Under the pieces are notes generated by a model. It searched no databases, was not told where the DNA came from, and saw nothing but the letters and a program-made list of their open reading frames with translations. Source: Bdellovibrionales bacterium (GTDB lineage: Bacteria > Bdellovibrionota > UBA1018 > CAIMNF01). From it: a stretch of 12,413 nt of DNA. A program made the position numbers and the translations under genes. The DNA lies in the NCBI GenBank assembly GCA_040380025.1, contig JBEIJY010000041.1:1-12413 (forward strand), given 5' to 3'. Of the stretch, positions 7,981 to 12,413 are shown one piece after another (the stretch's first letter is position 1; every line of letters begins with the position of its first letter).

Positions 7981-10827
7981 TCAACTGTAGCGGGATTCTT
8001 GCGCGGGGCATTGGGCCTGAAACTCACAAAATCGGCAGAATTCCCCGACGGTTGGTGTCGAGCTTTGTTCTTGGGATTTTTCGAAGAGACGCGCCACTTG
8101 GCTCTCGAGCTCCGCCCGATCAAACCAGTCAGACGGCGCCTCGATGACCTGAAGCGAGGTTTCGGTGAAATGAAGCAGAATCCCCTCGACCCGCAGGGGC
8201 TCGAAATCAAGAAGCCGGAGCGCGGCATAAACGTAGAGCCGGAGCTGAAGCCCGTAGGTACCAAGGAGCTTCTCGGCCGTCTCGGCGCGGGCGGTGAACT
8301 TGTAGTCGATGATTCGGAGGGATCGCTCCTCGCGATTCACCTCGAGGCGGTCCATCATGCCGACCAGGGCCTGGTGTTCGTGAATCGGCACCTCGAAGCC
8401 AAGCTCGCGGTGAGCGGTCACGCCCTCGCCTTCTCGAAGGATGGTTCGCACGCGATCGAGGATCTCGCGCCCCTGCTCGATCGTTTTGAATTCGGCGCAA
8501 AGGGCCTCTTCGTCCCAGCGCTCGAGTGCGGCATGGATTCGCTCGCCCTTTTCGGCGACACCACTTGCGCGCACGGGCTCGGTCATCGCGCCTTCCTGCG
8601 CGGCCTCTTTGAACTTCTTTTGGTACCGGAGCCCGCATTGATCAAGCACAAGCCATTCACTCGGTGAGTGGCGTGCGCGGTAGGCGCCCGGGTCGAAGTT
8701 CGGGTGACGGAGGATGGGCGATCTGGATTTTGGCTCGCTCGGTGTCTCTGCCGGTCTCCCTGCTTGCACTTCTGCTTGCACTTCTGCTTGCACTTCTGCC
8801 GGCACCTCTGCTTGCACTTCTGCCGGAAGCCGCGTCGCCTCGACCCAGCCGCGCCAGTTGTCCTCGCAAAAGGGGTCGGTATCGGCGGCGGCTTTTTTCG
8901 GCTTTTCTTGCTTCTTCCAGAGCAAGATCAGTTGCTCCTGCGCGCGGGTGAGCGCCACATAAAAGAGCCGCTTGCTCTCGGCCACGGCGGCCTTTTTTTC
9001 GAGCGTCTTCCAGCGCTCGTTCTCGGCGTCCTCTTTGAGCTGTTTTCCCGAATCATCGCGATTCAGCAAATGCACACCCAGGCGCCGGTTCCAGATCAGA
9101 TCGCCGCTCCGGCTCTGGTTTCGTGAGGGGCCCTCGAAATCGAGCAGGATCACGCGCGGAAACTGCAAGCCCTTCGAGCCGTGGATCGTCATCACCCGCA
9201 CCATCCCGCGCTCGGCGGGTGCGGGAATCTCTTTTTCGATTTTCTCGTTCTCGATCGCATCGGTGAGCGCACGCACGACCTCCTCGAAGCGCCGCCCCTG
9301 GCGGCTTAGGTCTTCGCACTTGTGCCAGAGCATCGAGAGCGGCACTTGCAGCTCGGAATCGAGCTCCTCGCACGAAAGAAGCGCCGCGAGCACCTGCCCC
9401 GGCCGCACGCGCGCGAGGCGCCGGGGGCTCAGGTACAGCTCGCAAAGCGCCCGCGCCACGGGATGGGACGAGGTCTCGAAAAACACCCGGAAGAACTCCC
9501 GATCGTGGTTCTTCGCAACCGAGTACAGCCATTCGTCGGTGACGCCGATCCAAGGAGCGCGCAGCGCCGCCACTTGCGAGAGCGTGCTCTTGGTCGAGAC
9601 CCAGCCCTTCAGGACGGCCACGAGCTCGCGCACGCGCGGGTCTTCGTAAAAGCGTCCGCCGCTTGCAAAAAGAAGCGGGATTCCCCGCTCATTCAGCACC
9701 TGAAGCATCGCCCGCACCCGGTCGTTCCGGACGGATCGGGCCAGAATCACGAACTCCGAGAGATCCACTCCCCGCGCCTGCTCCGAGAGCAGATGATCGG
9801 CAAGGCGGGACTCGTCCTCCCACTCGATCCGGAACACCGAAGGATGCGCAAGCGCCTCGCGGCCCGGGACGAGCGGCTCGTAGTCGAGCTCGGATGCGGC
9901 GAACACCGGCGCACAGACCTCGTTCACGAACCCGATGATGTCGGGGCGCGAGCGATAGTTCTGATCGAGAAGGTGCGTCTCGGCAAGCCGCGCCGAGAGC
10001 TCTTGAAACACCGAAACATCGGCGTCCCGAAAGCGGTAAATCGATTGCTTCGGGTCGCCCACGATGCAGAGGTTCGTGAGCCCGGGTTTGGCGAAGCTCT
10101 CGAGGATCTCGCCCTGCAGGGGGTTCGTGTCCTGGAACTCATCGACGAGCACGAGGTCGAACCGGCGCTGATAATGGCCCCGCACCACGGGGTCGGCGAG
10201 CGCGCGGCGGGCGAGGATTTCGAGGTCATTGAAATCAAGGGCGCCATCGCGGTTTTTCGACTGCCGGTAGCGCTGATGCACGGACTCGAACACGAGCCAC
10301 AGGTCCCGCACCTCTTCGCGATGAAACGACTTCGTGATGAACTCACTCACCCCGAACGAAGAGAGCGAGCGGAGCTTTTGGAACAGTCCCTCGAGCGACG
10401 CCCGCGAATAGACCGAGAGCAGGCGATCGAGCGCGCTGTTGATTTCGGCGTTCTCGGAGGAGGTCCACAGGATCTCGAGGCTCCGGCTCCAAAGAAGCGC
10501 GGCCTCGTCCTCGACCAGAATGCGCTCGCCTCCTTGCAGGCCGGCCGCGACGGGGAATTCCCCCAGAATCGAAGCGCACAAGCCGTGAATGGTCTTCACC
10601 CAGTGATCAGAAAGATCAAGCCCCGGGAGTTTTCGGGTGAGCGACTCGCGCAGATCGCGCACGGATTTTTCGGTGAACGAAACCGCACAGAAGCGCGCCT
10701 CGGGGTTTTGCGAAAGGAGCTCGCCGCATTTAGCGACGAGCGTGGTGGTTTTTCCGCAGCCGGCGCCCGCGACCACGGCAACACCGCGACCGAACGACCG
10801 GACGATGGCTTCTTGTTTGGGATTCAC
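7981..10827 (-). CDS. UvrD/AddA-type SF1A helicase fused to a C-terminal PD-(D/E)XK (RecB-family) nuclease with four Fe-S-type cysteines
   Basis: Walker A AGAGCGKTT, SFT, TIHG, Walker B LVDEFQDTN, VGDPKQSIYRFRDAD, NYRS, MTIHGSKGLQF and RLFYVALTRA. Nuclease motifs GERIH, E, GMMDRL, IIDYK and QLRLY. Cys731 plus C931-x2-C934-x5-C940. GTG start at 10827; 948 aa. Confidence 0.95.
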   Translation of the reverse strand: MNPKQEAIVRSFGRGVAVVAGAGCGKTTTLVAKCGELLSQNPEARFCAVSFTEKSVRDLRESLTRKLPGLDLSDHWVKTIHGLCASILGEFPVAAGLQGGERILVEDEAALLWSRSLEILWTSSENAEINSALDRLLSVYSRASLEGLFQKLRSLSSFGVSEFITKSFHREEVRDLWLVFESVHQRYRQSKNRDGALDFNDLEILARRALADPVVRGHYQRRFDLVLVDEFQDTNPLQGEILESFAKPGLTNLCIVGDPKQSIYRFRDADVSVFQELSARLAETHLLDQNYRSRPDIIGFVNEVCAPVFAASELDYEPLVPGREALAHPSVFRIEWEDESRLADHLLSEQARGVDLSEFVILARSVRNDRVRAMLQVLNERGIPLLFASGGRFYEDPRVRELVAVLKGWVSTKSTLSQVAALRAPWIGVTDEWLYSVAKNHDREFFRVFFETSSHPVARALCELYLSPRRLARVRPGQVLAALLSCEELDSELQVPLSMLWHKCEDLSRQGRRFEEVVRALTDAIENEKIEKEIPAPAERGMVRVMTIHGSKGLQFPRVILLDFEGPSRNQSRSGDLIWNRRLGVHLLNRDDSGKQLKEDAENERWKTLEKKAAVAESKRLFYVALTRAQEQLILLWKKQEKPKKAAADTDPFCEDNWRGWVEATRLPAEVQAEVPAEVQAEVQAEVQAGRPAETPSEPKSRSPILRHPNFDPGAYRARHSPSEWLVLDQCGLRYQKKFKEAAQEGAMTEPVRASGVAEKGERIHAALERWDEEALCAEFKTIEQGREILDRVRTILREGEGVTAHRELGFEVPIHEHQALVGMMDRLEVNREERSLRIIDYKFTARAETAEKLLGTYGLQLRLYVYAALRLLDFEPLRVEGILLHFTETSLQVIEAPSDWFDRAELESQVARLFEKSQEQSSTPTVGEFCRFCEFQAQCPAQESRYS
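8761..8826. repeat. In-frame 12-bp tandem repeat (about 5.5 units) within the helicase-nuclease gene
   Basis: + strand reads tgcttgcacttc x3, tgccggcacctc, tgcttgcacttc, then partial tgccgg. It encodes PAEVQAEVPAEVQAEVQAEVQA on the - strand. Confidence 0.95.
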
Positions 10828-10903
10828 ACACCGGAGCTTCGCAAAGCCCGCCCCGAAAAGAAAGTGGCAGACCGGAAGAAAATTTCATACAGTCGGAGGC
10901 CTC

Positions 10904-12247
10904 GTGCTGATTCTGGAGTTTCTGAGCCGGATTTCGTTTTTTTCGATCCTGACGTGGGGATTTTTTTTGATCGCCATTGTCTCGGCGATTCTTTTGACGA
11001 GTTTTCATTCGCGGCGGCTCCGGCGTTATCGAAGGGCCCTGATCGCCACGGCAAGCAGTGCGAGCGTGCTCGGGGTGCTGAGCTTCGGATTTCCGATCGT
11101 GCTCGGCCGCCTGAACCCGGACCAATCGGTGCGGACTCCGATCGAGGAGCTCGTTCCCACCCGATGGGTCGAACCCGTATCGAACCCCGAGACGGAGGTT
11201 TCGCCCGAAGAGACCGACTGGGCCACGGTGCTCGGGTATCAGTTCCGGTACAAACTGCGCCTGGGCTACGAGTTCGAGCGGACGCTCTATGCGGGCGGAA
11301 GCTCGATCGTTCTCTTGGACCGGCAGGGATCGGTGCACGGGTTCAATGCCTACACGGGGCTGAATCACTGGGTGATTCCGCTTCAGGTGAGCCGACTCAT
11401 CGATGCGATTCCGGACCAGAAGAAGCTCTATCTGCTCGAGCGGACGGCACTTCGAGGACTCAGACTTTCGGTGCTCGACGAGCAGAATCCGGCCCTTTTG
11501 TGGCAACGCACGATTCCCCGTGCAAAAGACGGCGCGCTTGAGCTCGACACCGAGGCGCAGGCCGTGCTGGTCTCGGCCGGAGTGAGCGGTGTGTGGGCGC
11601 TTCGGACCAAGACCGGGGAGATCGTGTGGAAGCGCCCCGAGCTGTACTCGAAGACCCGCGCCATCGCGGCCGGCCGGTATGTCTTGGTGATGGAGCCGAA
11701 GGGGAACGCGAAAACCGGAACCTGGCATGTGCTCGACCCCACGACCGGAAGAACGATCAAAAAAGCCGCACACACGATTCAAGACGGGGGTTCGCTGACC
11801 CCGGTGCATCTGCCCGAGCTCTTTGCGCTCGGACAAGCGGGGCCAGACGAGCTGGTTTTGATGCGGCCCGAGACGCTTTCGGAATCGTGGCGGTATCGGG
11901 CGGAATCTCCGGCGCTTCTTGCGCCGGTGGTGGATCGGGATCATTTTTTTTATCTCGGGGCGAACCATCTTTTGGAGCGCCGGAAGCTCGTCGAGAATCG
12001 CCTGCTTTGGCAGAAGGCGATCGCGCCCGTGAAGGAGCCGAAGATCGGCGTCTCGCCCGACGGAAAGATCTTTGCGTTTCCGAGCGAAGAAGAAGGCGCA
12101 AGCCGCGCGGTCCGGTTTTACGGGGTCGAAGACGGTGCCTACCTTGCGCAAGCACGGGTGTCGGAGGGGATCCGGGACTGGGTGTTTTTGGGGGATTGGC
12201 TGTACCTGATTAGCGAGAATCACCTGTGGGCGTTCCGGGGCCGGTAG
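10904..12247 (+). CDS. Membrane-anchored PQQ-like/BamB-like beta-propeller repeat protein
   Basis: GGAGG at 10895-10899 precedes GTG 10904. Two N-terminal hydrophobic segments are separated by a basic loop (SRRLRRYRR). Repeated Trp-docking blade motifs follow: FNAYTGLNHW, LLWQR, ALRTKTGEIVWKR, VLDPTTG, ESWRY, LLWQK. The ORF-track start at 10637 overlaps the helicase gene and is unlikely. Confidence 0.8.
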   Translation: MLILEFLSRISFFSILTWGFFLIAIVSAILLTSFHSRRLRRYRRALIATASSASVLGVLSFGFPIVLGRLNPDQSVRTPIEELVPTRWVEPVSNPETEVSPEETDWATVLGYQFRYKLRLGYEFERTLYAGGSSIVLLDRQGSVHGFNAYTGLNHWVIPLQVSRLIDAIPDQKKLYLLERTALRGLRLSVLDEQNPALLWQRTIPRAKDGALELDTEAQAVLVSAGVSGVWALRTKTGEIVWKRPELYSKTRAIAAGRYVLVMEPKGNAKTGTWHVLDPTTGRTIKKAAHTIQDGGSLTPVHLPELFALGQAGPDELVLMRPETLSESWRYRAESPALLAPVVDRDHFFYLGANHLLERRKLVENRLLWQKAIAPVKEPKIGVSPDGKIFAFPSEEEGASRAVRFYGVEDGAYLAQARVSEGIRDWVFLGDWLYLISENHLWAFRGR

Positions 12248-12306
12248 AGTCGGATTTGCAAACTGCATCCTTTTATTGTTCTTTTTTAGGCGGAGGAATG
12301 GAGAGA

Positions 12307-12413
12307 GGCCCTTGGGATCATTCGGCTTTTACCTCCGAGCCGCGTCGTGCGGCCTCGCTTCCGCGCGTCACGCGCTCGCGAGAGTCGGCAAAAACCGAAT
12401 GATCCCAAGGGCC
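12307..12413. repeat. Non-coding element bounded by a long inverted repeat (REP/REPIN- or MITE-like, or structured RNA)
   Basis: GGCCCTTGGGATCATTCGG (12307-12325) is the exact reverse complement of CCGAATGATCCCAAGGGCC (12395-12413); the match extends inward to 23/24. The interior holds further GC-rich hairpins. Confidence 0.85.

Noticed and set aside
7944..8264. 107-aa N-terminal extension of Top6B in the ORF track
   Set aside because: It overlaps the 3' end of the helicase-nuclease gene. Top6B similarity starts near MADQKK, and ATG 7943 has an SD.
8761..8826. Tandem repeat near a Cas4-like nuclease domain as a CRISPR array
   Set aside because: The units are 12 bp, contiguous, spacer-free and in frame within a CDS, and no cas genes are present.
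10840..10856. GG-N10-GC sigma54-like spacing on the - strand upstream of the helicase
   Set aside because: It lacks the TGGCA -24 consensus and is expected by chance in GC-rich DNA.
9322..11541. 739-aa + strand ORF spanning the helicase and propeller genes
   Set aside because: Arg/Gly/Ala-rich, motif-free translation that overlaps two better-supported genes.
10730..12268. 512-aa antisense ORF opposite the beta-propeller gene
   Set aside because: No motifs, while the + strand frame has an SD, transmembrane segments and repeated blade motifs.
12288..12330. GGCGGAG... resembling the reverse complement of a tRNA 3' end
   Set aside because: No TTCGA T-loop, anticodon arm or cloverleaf could be built on either strand.

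Overview
GC-rich, gene-dense bacterial chromosomal segment. On the + strand: the 3' part of aconitase A (acnA), an 86-aa hypothetical protein and a LOG-family protein. These converge on undecaprenyl-diphosphatase uppP (-), which is divergent from a lipoprotein FKBP-type PPIase (+) followed by an intrinsic terminator. The centre is a tightly packed minus-strand cluster of four genes: a UvrD/AddA-type helicase fused to a four-cysteine (Fe-S-type) PD-(D/E)XK nuclease, DNA topoisomerase VI subunit B, topoisomerase VI subunit A (Spo11-like), and a truncated (2/2) globin. Divergent from it is a membrane-anchored PQQ/BamB-like beta-propeller protein. The window ends in a non-coding structured element bounded by a 19-bp perfect inverted repeat. 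The most notable feature is the apparent operon joining an archaeal-type Topo VI to a helicase-nuclease that has no adjacent AddB partner, plus a globin. Topo VI is uncommon in bacteria and is known from Bdellovibrionota, Myxococcota and Planctomycetota; any taxonomic assignment here is inference only. No CRISPR array, rRNA, clear tRNA or transposase was seen.
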